Below are positions 14,363 to 26,430 of a stretch of DNA of 64,000 nt, in pieces. Every line of letters begins with the position of its first letter. The first letter of the stretch is position 1. Position numbers and translations under genes: made by a program. The stretch comes from Vicugna vicugna. Taxonomy: Eukaryota. Location of the stretch: the NCBI GenBank assembly GCA_013265495.1, contig MU058065.1, forward strand, positions 8,907,819 through 8,971,818, in the 5' to 3' direction. The notes beneath the pieces were generated by a model, which did not search any database, was not told the DNA's origin, and saw only the letters and a list, made by a program, of their open reading frames with translations.

Positions 14363-15084
14363 GTAACATTTTTGATGTGACTATTTTCCTAAACCAGTTA
14401 ATTAAATTCAGCTCAACTTGAGGTATAGAGAGTAAAATTGTGTAGTTTTGTGTTTTGCTAATTAAGAAATTTAAGTTAAGTGAAGCCACTGGATTAAGTG
14501 CTTTTAAAATATTTAATTTAATTGTTATTTTAGCTAAAAAGAAATCTAAATTTAAGAATTCTTTGTGATTTTTGAAATGATTAGCATGGCTTTTAAATTT
14601 TTAATTAATAAGTAACTTATTGGAAATTTCTGCAGATATAATACCTTTGAATATTAAATAAAGTGTTTCTAGTTTTTAAATTCTCCACATAAGGGCTACT
14701 TTATTTATTCTTCGTATTGAAAGTTTTTAGATAATGAAACACTGTCAGCATGACCCTGATTAAAAAAATTCTCTATTCCTTTCCCTTAAAAAAAAAAAGT
14801 CAGGTCCTAGCTCCTATTTCAGACTGCTTTATTAGGAAGAGAGGCACTGAAAAATGGAATGATGGAGATTGAGAGAAGTCATTTAGATCTCACTTACAAT
14901 CCTCAGAAGTCTGTTGTGCCCTTAGTTTTTATGAATATTGTTATAAGAGATAGACTACAAAGCCACCGAGTGCTATAAAATAACTATTCATTGGTGGAAG
15001 CTAAATTGAGATAATTTTTTTGGTAGAAGAAAATACTATTTGCCTAGATTATATCTATTAATTTCTTTCCAATGTTTTGGATAG

Positions 15085-15164
15085 GTTGCGGATTATATTC
15101 CTCAGCTAGCCAAGTTCAGTCCTGATTTGTGGGGTGTGTCTGTTTGTACAGTAGATGGACAGAG
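15085..15164 (+). CDS. GLS: GLS exon 5, 80 nt
   Basis: ggatag|GTT...AG|gtaagt. Encodes VADYIPQLAKFSPDLWGVSVCTVDGQ(R). Confidence 0.97.
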
Positions 15165-17778
15165 GTAAGTTTATTTCAGACTAATCAAAACCAACTCTAA
15201 ATCTTAAATTTTGCGTAACTGTGAACATGAGATAGAGGGGAACAACTTCTGTAATGGAAATTAGCCCCATAACATGACATAAATTCAAAAAGGTAAAGAA
15301 GTTTAGATTTTAGTTTAATTTAAGAAGCTCAACTGAAACAATAACCATACACTAAATTTTATGAGGCATTTCATCTCTCTTATTCACAGTTGTAGTCTTG
15401 TTATTTGAATGTTTTTTGTACAAGGACCTGCAATCATGAATTTATTTAGGAAGAGTAGACTTGGCCAAATAGGACATTATTTACTAGTGAATTGACCACC
15501 AATAAAATTAGTTCCCCTTTCTTGGCTTACCATTGGTTACCCATCCTGTCATTATCTTTGTTCCTCTTGCTGCTGATATGATTAGAATCATAGTTAACAC
15601 AATATAACATAATATAGTCTATTGCTCATCAGTCATTTGCAAAGTGAAAAGTCAGTTGCAAAACATTCAGGACTTCATGAAGTCCATGAAAGCAATCTTT
15701 GGGATGTGCTCACGCTGCAGGCATAACCACTGACATATGAGAATCTAGCAAAATTATGAAAGGGATAATGATGTGAGAATACTTCACGGAGAATGATTTG
15801 ATTTAAAAAGTCAATTAAGAGAGGCCCTTCAAAAAATGGATAAAGTTCTGAAATTCTTTTTTAAGAATGACTGTTAATGCTGTAAGTCAGACATGAAGAT
15901 TTCTTACTGGATTGCAATTTGGTTTTGTCAGTCAAAAAAATTATGCCAAAAAAGAAAAATCAATATTTTTTTACTCATTTGAAGACTTTGGCTCAGAGGT
16001 ATAATCTTTCTGGTTTTTTTGATTTTTAGTAAGATCATTATTACTTTTCTCAATAAAATATAACTTACATAGAAATGTATACTACTCCTAAGTGTGTATA
16101 GCTTGATGAATTTATATCAGAGATATAATTTTATCCTAAGTTTTATTAAAACTACAAATCATTTAGCCATATAATTTTAGATTTTATTTTTCAGGATAAT
16201 GTCCCAATTAAAACGTTTTCCACTCATTTATTAAATTTTAATCTCTTATCTAAGTGATCTTATTTTTCACTACTTATCCTCCTAAAGTATTTACACTACA
16301 AAACATGGTTGAGCTCATTGATTCTTACAACAAAGGAATCTGAGGCCCAGAGTTTGTATCAAACTGGCAGAGGTGAAACTAGCACCTAGGTCTCTTAACT
16401 TTTTTAGTCCGTTGTTTTCTCCATTATGAAAGGCTTTTACAACTTCATTTAGGCCTTTGAAATGCACTTAAACACTTATGCGTTGAATTAAATGTTGGGT
16501 GCCATGAAAGGATACAGGTGTATGAAAAGACATGGCGTGTCATTATGGAGCAAATTCCAAAAGGGAGTGATATTCCTATTTTTTTGTATTTGGAGGAAAT
16601 GGTTTATAGTGTAGTGGAAATTGTTATATTTGGAGGAAATTGTTATCACCTAATGCTTACACATGCTTTTTTTTCTTCTTGAACATACTTTGTGAGTAAA
16701 ATGGTTCTCTTTGTGTAGTTTTCTAATCTAGAGAATTCTTAACTTTGGACTAGAACATACGTATTTTTTAAATTCAAAGTTTTTTAACTAAGACTTTAGT
16801 CAGGCTTTGATTAAAATGATTGCCAAGTTGAATTGGAAATTATTTATAAATTTGATAGGAAAAAATGTATTTTTGATATGTATACATATTTATTTATATT
16901 CTATCATATACTCAGAAGTCAGGTGACCATTTGATGTATCTTTACCCTCTGATCTCTCCATTAACCTCTGTTTGCTCAGGGGTAGTTATTATAGTGCCCA
17001 GTTTCACTGTGACTGAGTTTCACTCTGAATGAATGAGTGCCTAAAATGTACTGGGGCATTGTTCAGGGCACCTGGGATGCTTCAGCAAATAAAACAGAGA
17101 TCTGCCTTGTGAAGCTTACATTATAATGGGATTGGTCAGTTTTTCCTTTTTCATACCTATTCTCTACTTCATGTGCATCCCAGTTCGGTAACATATAAAG
17201 CTTTCTTTTTGTTCTGTTGTTTACCTACATAGTGATAATGATTGCCATTTGTGCCAGCTTTGTCAGGTTTATGAGACTGAATGCTGTTTCTTTTAATGGG
17301 GCTAAAATTGTGAATAGATATTGTTCACAAGATGAGGCAGTTATAGATAGGGTCTCAGAATCGTATTGAATCTAAACTGAGCTCCATTTAAAAACTACTA
17401 CAGTTTAGCATGATTAAAGCTATGAGTAAAAGAATAGTGACTAATTTCTAAAAGGGCTAGCTCATTTTATGTGACTGAATACAGGTGGGAGCAAGGAGGG
17501 TCATACCCTCTTACCCTCAGAGGCAGTTTATCGCATTACTTATTTATTATCTAATTTTGAACCATTCTATTATTACCTGAGTACCTTAAGGTATTTGCCT
17601 TTGTATTGTAGTATCCCTCTTAAAATAAACATACTTGTATTTATTCTTTAATATCCAAGTAAACTTGTTGAATTATGGGGAAACTATTGAAGTTAGAATT
17701 AAAATATAAATAACAACTCCAATTATTGTTACGTTTTTTCCCAGTTGATCTTATTTTTTTAAATCTACTTTTAAATAG

Positions 17779-17942
17779 ACATTCTATTGGAGATACCAAA
17801 GTTCCATTTTGTCTTCAGTCCTGTGTAAAACCTTTGAAATATGCCATTGCTGTTAATGATCTTGGAACAGAATATGTGCATCGATACGTTGGGAAAGAGC
17901 CAAGTGGATTAAGATTCAACAAACTATTTTTAAACGAAGATG
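17779..17942 (+). CDS. GLS: GLS exon 6, 164 nt, with catalytic S-x-x-K motif and activation loop
   Basis: aaatag|A...G|gtaaga. Encodes [58 protein letters not shown] is at 17819-17830 (human S286/K289); GLRFNKLF is the activation loop. Confidence 0.98.
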
Positions 17943-20900
17943 GTAAGAATTAAAGCTCTTGTTAAACCTATGTTCAGTTAATATAATACAGTGCTAAATT
18001 CCTGAGTTTTTTTTGTGATCTTTTTTCCTACAGACTTAGTGTCAACAGAATGTACATGGCAAAAAAATGTATTACTTAGAATGTTAAATTCATTTATCCC
18101 AAGACCATTTTTTTGTTGTTGTTGTTTCTGAAATACTTCTTCACATTCAAATTCCTCTATTTGTTCATTCCTACTCTTTAAAGATCTCTCTCAAAACCGG
18201 TCAGTTCACCAGAAACACCCAGTTTATTATTCTGCTTTGTCTTTTTTGGGAAATTTTTAATTTTTCTTATAAAATGTTTAATTTTGTTAGAACAAAAATA
18301 TTAATTCTTTCCATATTAAATTTAGATGCCAGTGAGTTTATTAAACAAGGTGCTTCTGTATATGATATCCTTATTGAAGTTGCTAGTTTATAATAAGCTC
18401 CGTAAAATCAAATGTAGCATCAGGACAGAAAGATTATGGTAAAGTAAGTAAGAAAATGCAATTGCCCTCAAAACAAATAGGAAGAAAAGCAAGAAAATAC
18501 TAGTTTTATAACTTTATTAAAAAAATAATGAAACAATAATGAGTATAAGCCACATTTCATTTTTTATCCAACAGAAAGAAAAAATACAAAAGTATGTCTC
18601 ACAACAATTACTGCAACTAGTAAATTCCTTCACTCTTGTTTTCTTTAATTCTATCTTAACTCATCACACAATGAGGAACCCAGCGTATGCCTGAAAGATT
18701 AAAAAATAGAAATTAACCTATAGGTTGGTGTTTAGATTTAAAACCTCTGCCAGATAGAAGTACTAATTACCTTTGTTCTCCCCTTTTCTTTTGGATTCCT
18801 GTAAAGTATTAAGACTTGTTAGTTACCCAACTATTTAACACAAGATATTTCTTTCAAATACCAAATGTTATGAAAGAGAAAAAACAAAAATGCTCACCAA
18901 CTCAACCAGAGCTACCATAAAACCTTTTTGTTATGGAAGTTCTCAAATACATATAATATACAAAAGTAGAAAGAACAGAATATAAGCATGTATGTATCCA
19001 TCATTTAGCTTCATGATTACTAACGTATAGAAATAATCACACCCAGCACCCCCCCACTACACTCCACTGAATTATCTTAAAGCAAATCCCAGACATTGTA
19101 AATTTATAAAGTGAAATCTTACTTCCTGCTCCCATCTTCTCTCCAGCCCACTTTCCAGTGATATGAGATGCCTAAAATGACCAGTTTTTAGAGTAGGTGA
19201 TTAAACTATTTCTGTGGGTTTCACAAAAATTCTATGACAAGTGGAAAATGTATGAATGTTTTTGATTTTCTTAAAAAAAAAACTACTTAGATTTACACAT
19301 GAAAATGAGGTATTTCTTTTTCCAGGTAATTTTTATATAAATCAAGGCTTTAGAATATTGTAATGATAAATTACCATTAATATGAATATAATAAATAGAT
19401 AAAGAAATTATAGTAGTTACTCTTTTATTATCAGTTTAAAAATGCTTTACAGCATGAAAAGTTTTAGCCCTATGGTGGGGAGTTGGCTAATACTTTCTAT
19501 CATTATAAATAAGGAAATAAGTTACTTGATGGAGATGTCAATTTTGGATATCCTCATTAAGTCTTTTCCACCTTAAAAAAATTAAATATTTTTTAGCCTT
19601 CTTCCCCTGTATTGTTAACATGGGCCTTGGTTCTTAAGTGTCTTATCTAGCTAATATTAAAGGATACAGAAAACAATTTACCTACATCTAATACATGGAA
19701 AAAGAAGGCAAGCTCAAGTGCTGCATACTAATTATATTATCTTACTGCTAATATGTATATATCTTATATATTATATTATCTGTGTAATTGACAGAAGCCA
19801 AAATGTATGTGTTGGTTTATATGTGTAGAGGATTCAAAAAAGAAGTTGAGTTGAATTAATTTACATGAGAAGACAGGACTGAATTGTATTAGGAAGAACA
19901 GTTTGGGTGGTTGGGTAAGGAGGTACACTGCAGGATTAAACAACATATTAATTTTTATATGGTGATGTAAAATTCCACTTTAATACCTAAAATATAAATA
20001 TCTGTTAAATTGAGCATTAATACTTTGTAGTTCTTTAGTATATGCATTAGCAGACTTTGACTTAGCCCCAGTCATGAACCACATCTTTGAAAGGTTCATA
20101 TGCTTAGAAATTAGAAAAGCTTTTTCCAGTATAATATGAAAGAACTTTCCACTTGTTTTATTTTCTTAGAGAGAATAAATATTTAAAAAATTGTTCAGTT
20201 TTATGCATTCTAGTTTAAAAATGCTTATAAATTTCAGATGTCACCCATGTCCATTTTATCATTATACTAGGTTAATGTATGTCATTACTTCAGATATAGC
20301 CTTTATTAATAGCTTAAGTGTTGTTTCTGCTGTCATAAATATTTTTAAATTATAAATTCTAAATGGAACCCTTCAATTCTTCCTTGTAACTACAGCAGAG
20401 CAGGAGACAAGTAGATTTCACTTTTAGGCTCAAGTTTTGTACTGCAGTAATGCTAGAGTTTTTAACATCTCTGGTTTATTTCCAAGTGTTCAGATGTCTG
20501 GCTTTTGAGTCATAGCAGAGTGAGCAAGCAGTTGCTTACATTTTAAAATTGTGCTGTCATGATGTGAAATGCTTTAGTGTTCTTGGAAGATCTTCTTGAA
20601 TGTAGCTTATGTAGTATTTGCAGAATATTTATTATTTAGAAAAAGTAAATGTCCCCATACATGTGGTACCATTTGGAATATACACATTACCTCCTAGGGC
20701 CCTGAAGTCTAAACCTAATAATGTCAGGAAAAAAGAGAGAAGAAGAAAAGACAGATACATGAATATACGCAAGTACAAGTGTAAACTAATTTAGCACAGC
20801 CTGATGTCCATAGTTTGCTTCTGTCTGCGTGTGGTTTTTCTTTCAGATGGATAATATTGGAAAATTTTTGTTTCTTGGCTCCCCATTTGCCATGTGATAT

Positions 20901-21171
20901 TTTTCTGTGGTAACAGTTGCTTTCATTTTGTGTGATCTCAAAGAAAGCAAACTTCTCTTAGCATAATTTGGAATAGGTGAAATCCTGACTGTACTAGTTA
21001 GATAGTATACCTGTACTAAGTTTTATTTTAACTTTTGAAATTAGTCATTATCATGGGTAACTCAAAATGTACAGTGTTTAAGGCATACCTAGATACTAAG
21101 TCACATTGTTGATCTTATATTGAGGGAAACTGGTGTACTCTAAGTCAATGAAGATTTTTTTAATTAAAAAA

Positions 21172-21750
21172 TTTTAGCAGTTTTATTGAGATACAATTCA
21201 CCTACCACATAATTCACTCACTCAAAATGTACAGCTTAATGGCATTTAGCATATTCATAGAGTTGTGCAGCCATGACCACAATCAATTTTAGGCCACTTT
21301 TATCACACAGAAGGTACCCTGTACCCACCGGTAGTCAGTACCTATTTCTCTTTTACCCTAGGAAACTAGAAATCTACTTTCTGTCTCTATGGATTTGCCT
21401 ATTCTGGACATTTCATGTAAATGGAATCATATTTGCTTTTATGACTGGTCTATTTAGCGTAGTATTTTTAAGGTGCTTTTATGTTGTGGCATGTTTCAGT
21501 ACTTCATTTTTTATTTCTGAACGATATCCCACTGTATGGATAATAATAATACCACATTTGGTTTATCCACTTAACATTTGGCAGGAAGTTTTGGGTTGTG
21601 GGTTGCTTTCTGCTTTTTAACTATTATCGATAATACTGCTGTGAACATTTGTGTACAGGTTTTTGTGTGCACTTATGCTTTTATTTCTCTTGGTTATATA
21701 CCTGGGAATTGTTGGGTCATATGATAACTCTTTAACAGTTTGAAGAACTT
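21172..21750 (-). mobile_element. L1MB-like LINE-1 3' end
   Basis: ttttattgagatacaattcac...ctactttctgtctctatggatttgcctattctggacatttcatgtaaatggaatcat...tgctgtgaacatttgtgtacaggtttttgtgtg. Confidence 0.85.
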
Positions 21751-22294
21751 CCTTATTTAGCTATAAGCTCATCTCACAGAAGGTAACTTGCTTAAAATTC
21801 AAGGAGACTAGTAATATAGCAATAATAACTTAATGAATTCTGTTAGACTTGTCAGTTTAGGTAAAAAACTTGTTCTATAAGAAGTAAAGTACTACCACAA
21901 ATAGATTAGGAATTATACTTTCAAATAAATGTTTTCAGTGGCCTAAGAGTTTTATGTTTGGCATTTTGCTATGCTGTGAATGAGAATATACTCAGTTGAG
22001 ACTTGAAATTCTGTTTGTCCTAAGAGTTAGAAGCAGTACAATTCTGGATGAACTTAAATTTTAAGTAATTTTTTGAATTATATTAGGCATACATCCTTAT
22101 CAGGAAATACAGAAAGTATAGGAAATACAACTTAAATGCCCTGTAATCTTTTATCCTGTATATGTCACTTGTTAATGTTTGTGTTTTCTTTTTCTGTGTA
22201 TGTATATACATAAACACAAAAATAAAATATTTTTAAAAAGGAAAATTGAGTCCAAACTAGACATGCTTTTTCCCCGTTGATTTTTTAGTAATAA

Positions 22295-22520
22295 TATTAC
22301 TTAATTGCTTAAAGATGTGCCAGGGACTTTCTAAACATTTCATTTTTTTAATTCATTCGAGTAGTATGACTCACTGAGGTATTGGTGCTGTTATTATTCC
22401 TAGCTTACAGATGGAAAAATTGAGGCACAGTGAAAATCAATTACTTGCCTGGGGTCAAATAGCTAGTAAATGGCAGAGTTAGAAAATTTGATTGTGCTCT
22501 TTATTATACTACTATTCACT
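22295..22520 (-). mobile_element. MIR SINE
   Basis: ttacagatggaaaaattgaggcacagtgaaaatcaattacttgcctggggtcaaatagctagtaaatggcagag. Confidence 0.75.
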
Positions 22521-22769
22521 GCCTTTCTGTACTTGAATCTTTGCCTATATAATTATCATAGCAGCTTCCTAGAAGTGTATTACTGGTTTGGTATGTAAGT
22601 GCCTTAAATGCATTCCTCCACTCCAACTTCTCCCTTCCCCACTCCTGCCCCCCAAAGAACTATAACAATGGCTTACATAAAGAAAACAGATACGTTTATG
22701 GAAGTACCTGTGCATCACAGAAAATGGTGTCAGGTACTTGAAATAATGCTCTTGCTTTTATATTTTTAG

Positions 22770-22828
22770 ATAAACCACACAATCCTATGGTAAATGCTGG
22801 AGCAATTGTTGTGACTTCATTAATAAAG
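22770..22828 (+). CDS. GLS: GLS exon 7, 59 nt
   Basis: tttttag|AT...AAG|gtaaaa. Encodes (D)KPHNPMVNAGAIVVTSLIK. Confidence 0.97.
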
Positions 22829-25363
22829 GTAAAATGTTAACATTTCCTTTTAATCTAGTAAAATTTTAAATAGAATGAAAAAGATGAATCTTCATAAAGA
22901 TGAATCTTACCTATTTATGTGAAACTGTGAAAAGTTTTCTTTCGGTTTTAAATTTATCTTATAGTATAAAGTTAGGATATTTATTTCAAAATGCATGATG
23001 TAGTTTCAAGGGCAAAATTAAAAACAGATGACTCATTATAAATTCCAACAGTTACCCTTGACCTGAAGATCTGGCAAAAATTCAAAAAGAAGTCTCTGCT
23101 GAATAATAGTCAAAGAAGTTTTTCTTCTTAAAGTTTAAGATTTTTTTCTTACTCTTCTTTTTGGCTCTTCTAAATGAACAGGTGTAAACAGAAGTAATAG
23201 CGTTTTACTGTTTGATGTTTCTCATCAGCATATGTAGGAACAAATGCTCTGGTACTTTGTTTTACAACAAAGTACATTTACCCTTGACTAGTCTCAAGTC
23301 CTTTATACTTTCATGAGCTGTAATCACAATTTTCACTTGAACTTGTTTCCTTGAATCATATATAATAACTAAAATAAATAAACTTATTCCAATTATTAAG
23401 TTATATTATTTTCACTACTCTTCTTCGGTTTACATTGTATGTTTTGATTTTTGTTGTTGTTGTTAAGTGTTTGGTTTGCCTTAATAATTGGAAACACTAA
23501 TGTTATTTTGAAATAAGTATTTGAAAATGAGTCTATTTTGTGATACTGTTTAGTTTTAAATTTCCAAAAAGTTTTATTTCTATTCAATTATGTTTCATTT
23601 GTGTTTGGAACATTTATATACTTTCTTCAGTAAACCTGTGCATATGTATTCCATGCTTGAAAAAAACATAACTACATGGCTTTGTATATGCTTTACTGAG
23701 GATGGGATACCCTGGTTACACAAAGAATATTTGAACATAAATTATACCCTTGGCCCAATTAATAAAAATTCACCCAATTTGTATACTAGAAATTTTCTCT
23801 TAACTTTCTTGAATTTTTTTTGTTCATGAGAAAAAGCCTTTAAAATGAATATAAATGTTGTTATTTTAGGGCAAATGCTTCATGAGCACTGGCCCACTTT
23901 ATCCTTGTAACTCTAGTGAGGTAGATAGTATAGCCAAGTATTATTTTTTAATGTAACTAGTTTTTTAGGCTAGGAAATTTTCATTTTGCCCATTATAACA
24001 TTTAGTTATTCATGACTATTTTACATAAGAGAAAAGTTGTCAGTTTGAGGTGAATGACACTATTTGTTTATTATAGAAAATTATAATATGAATATGTGCT
24101 AGGCATACTCATGCCTTCAGGTAGCTTACAGCATAGTATAGGATATACACCAGTAAAAGGGCCCTTAACAATGAAATTCAATAAATACTGCGATGAAGGA
24201 AAAGCTCATTAATAATTATTCAGCTTGAACAAGTAACTTAAATTAGAAGTAAGGAAAGTTATGGTAATCTCTTGTGTGTGTTAGTGCTTGGTGAGAAAAC
24301 CACTAGAATGGTTCTGAACCTTTTTGGGGTCTTCCTAGAATATATATTCATATATCATGATTTTATGTAAACTGTAGGAAGTTCACGACCCTTTAAAGCT
24401 GATTCATGGATCCCAGTTTAAGAACTCTTAACACTAGAGAAAGATTAACATGGCACACCAATAGTATTTTCATGAAAGGGCATATGTAAATGATTGATAG
24501 AAGTCTTGCTTAACTGCATGCAGTTAAACATCTTTTGTTTAATGATTCATAGGCTTAGTATACTACACTGAAATGCTGCACATGGGAAATGCATGTCTGG
24601 TTAATCATATCATTACTTCATTAGTGTCACCACCAGGTTTAGTCACAAGCCATAAACTATACTTTGAGCCACATTAACATGAGTACTTAGAAACAGTTAA
24701 AAAAACACACATACACACCATAAGTGTTGCTCAGTGTCTGACTCTACAAACCTTTAACTGAGTCATCTTGTTACAAATTTGATCAGTGATTTTAAATTTA
24801 TAAAATTTTAAATTTACTGACAAAATTGGAAATGGGCTTTGGGGTATGGTTCATATTTAAGGTGACTTTCCTTGAGTTTTTTTGTTTGTTTTATTTTTAG
24901 AAGGTGTTTCACAAGTTTTCGGTCTTTTTTTTTTTTTTTAATGTTCTTCTCTGTTTTGGAGGGGTAAGCCTGACATACCTCTGTATAAAACTGCCCCAGG
25001 ATGTAATACTTTTCTTAGACTCTCAAAAAGAAGTTCAAAACTTTCAGAAATACTTATCTGTGATCTCTGCACATTGTATGATCACATCATATTTGTGAAT
25101 TGGTAGTTGAAGTAGTAAGACCATAGCTGAAGAGGTTTTCAAACCTAGCCCTCTTACTGTATATGTAGATGCAATGAGGAAATGGAATGGATCGTTCCAG
25201 TAGCAGTAGAATTGGGCTTGATCTGGGTCTCCCGATTTTCTGTTTGCTGCTCATTAGAATTCACTCTGCCATTTTTATGTAGGTATTTGCTGTTTCTCTT
25301 GATAACATTTTGTCTTTACCTAACATAGTTATATTGTCCAATCAGCAGAAATTTTATTTTCTT

Positions 25364-25413
25364 TCTTTCACCTTTTTTTTATTGAGTTATAGTCATTTTA
25401 CAATGTTGTGTCA
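25364..25413 (-). mobile_element. Very short, 5'-truncated young L1 3' tail
   Basis: T-run plus attgagttatagtcattttacaatgttgtgtc, flanked by the direct repeat ttattttctt (25354 and 25414). Same terminus as elements at 37719, 46162 and 60316. Confidence 0.6.
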
Positions 25414-26390
25414 TTATTTTCTTAATTTTAACTTATGCGAAAGATAACAATTTGTTTCCTTAAAAGTCAGTTTAATTTTCAGTGAGAATATGTAGTCATT
25501 CTTTGGGCACTAGTCAGTGCTTGCTGTCTGTAAGGAACTAGGCTTCTTCTCAAGGAGCTTGTGCTTTGAGTATCTGAAGTGTGGTTATTTTACCATGGCT
25601 ACTAGGTGTAAATTCTGTGTTTTAGCTTTTAATTGATGACCTTAAGGCTATTTTTTTTTCTTTCAAAATTCAAGACTTTATTATGGTGCTATTAAAACAT
25701 CCTCCTCATGTTATTCCCCCTCCCACACAGACACACAACTTTAGTAGAGTCTTTAGTAAGACTCTTTGTTTCATAATTTTGTAGTATTGATATTTTTTCC
25801 TTGTAGGATTGGTGGTGATCCTCAGGAAATGGGGGAAGAGGCAGAGCAAATGTTCAAAAGGATTAGCAGATTGTGGAAAAAAAGGAGGATTTGGACAGAA
25901 GGAACCTGTTGCAATAAATTCTTAACTACTAAACTTGTAGGAATACTCCAATATTTAAAAATTTAAACAAAGCTATATAGGTAAATACCTTCATAAAAAC
26001 AAATGTCATTTTGTACTTAAAATGCACATGATTTAAAAACCATCAAGGTACTATACTTCCTCTCTTTTTCTCTGTGGTAGCTGCTAAACTCAAAGGAATG
26101 CTTTTTGATGCAGTTTGTTTTATTCGATGATGATAATCTGGTTGTTTGCTTTAAAGTAAAGAGTGAAAATAAATTTTGAAAGCACAGTTATTCTGGATGA
26201 AATAGCAGTATCTTTACATGATTTTTAGCCTCACCTAGTTTCGGTTTAAAAGTTAGGATCTTGTGATAACTTGAGGGTTAGGGTGGGAAGATGAGAATAA
26301 CGTTGTAATTATCGCACTTCTACTTTTTTATTTTCAAAAGTAAAGAGTAAGTTGTATTGTCTTCTATGTTTGTCTCTTGATTCTAGTAGT

Positions 26391-26430
26391 AGTTTCTGGC
26401 TTTTGTCATTAGTTTCTGGCTTTTGTCATT
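26391..26430. repeat. Perfect 20-bp tandem duplication (agtttctggcttttgtcatt x2)
   Basis: Read directly from the sequence. Confidence 0.95.

Noticed and set aside
15440..15990. Possible ancient DNA-transposon (Tigger-like) coding remnant
   Set aside because: No open frame or terminal repeats that I can verify. A Dfam HMM search would be needed.
24305..24430. Short hAT/MER5-like remnant
   Set aside because: The ends look suggestive (ggttctgaacc...tttaagaactc) but it is too degraded to assign by eye.
25766..25966. 66-aa ORF overlapping the candidate poison exon as a protein-coding exon
   Set aside because: Its frame does not match the phase-0 junction from exon 7, it starts at a non-ATG codon, and I recognise no homology.
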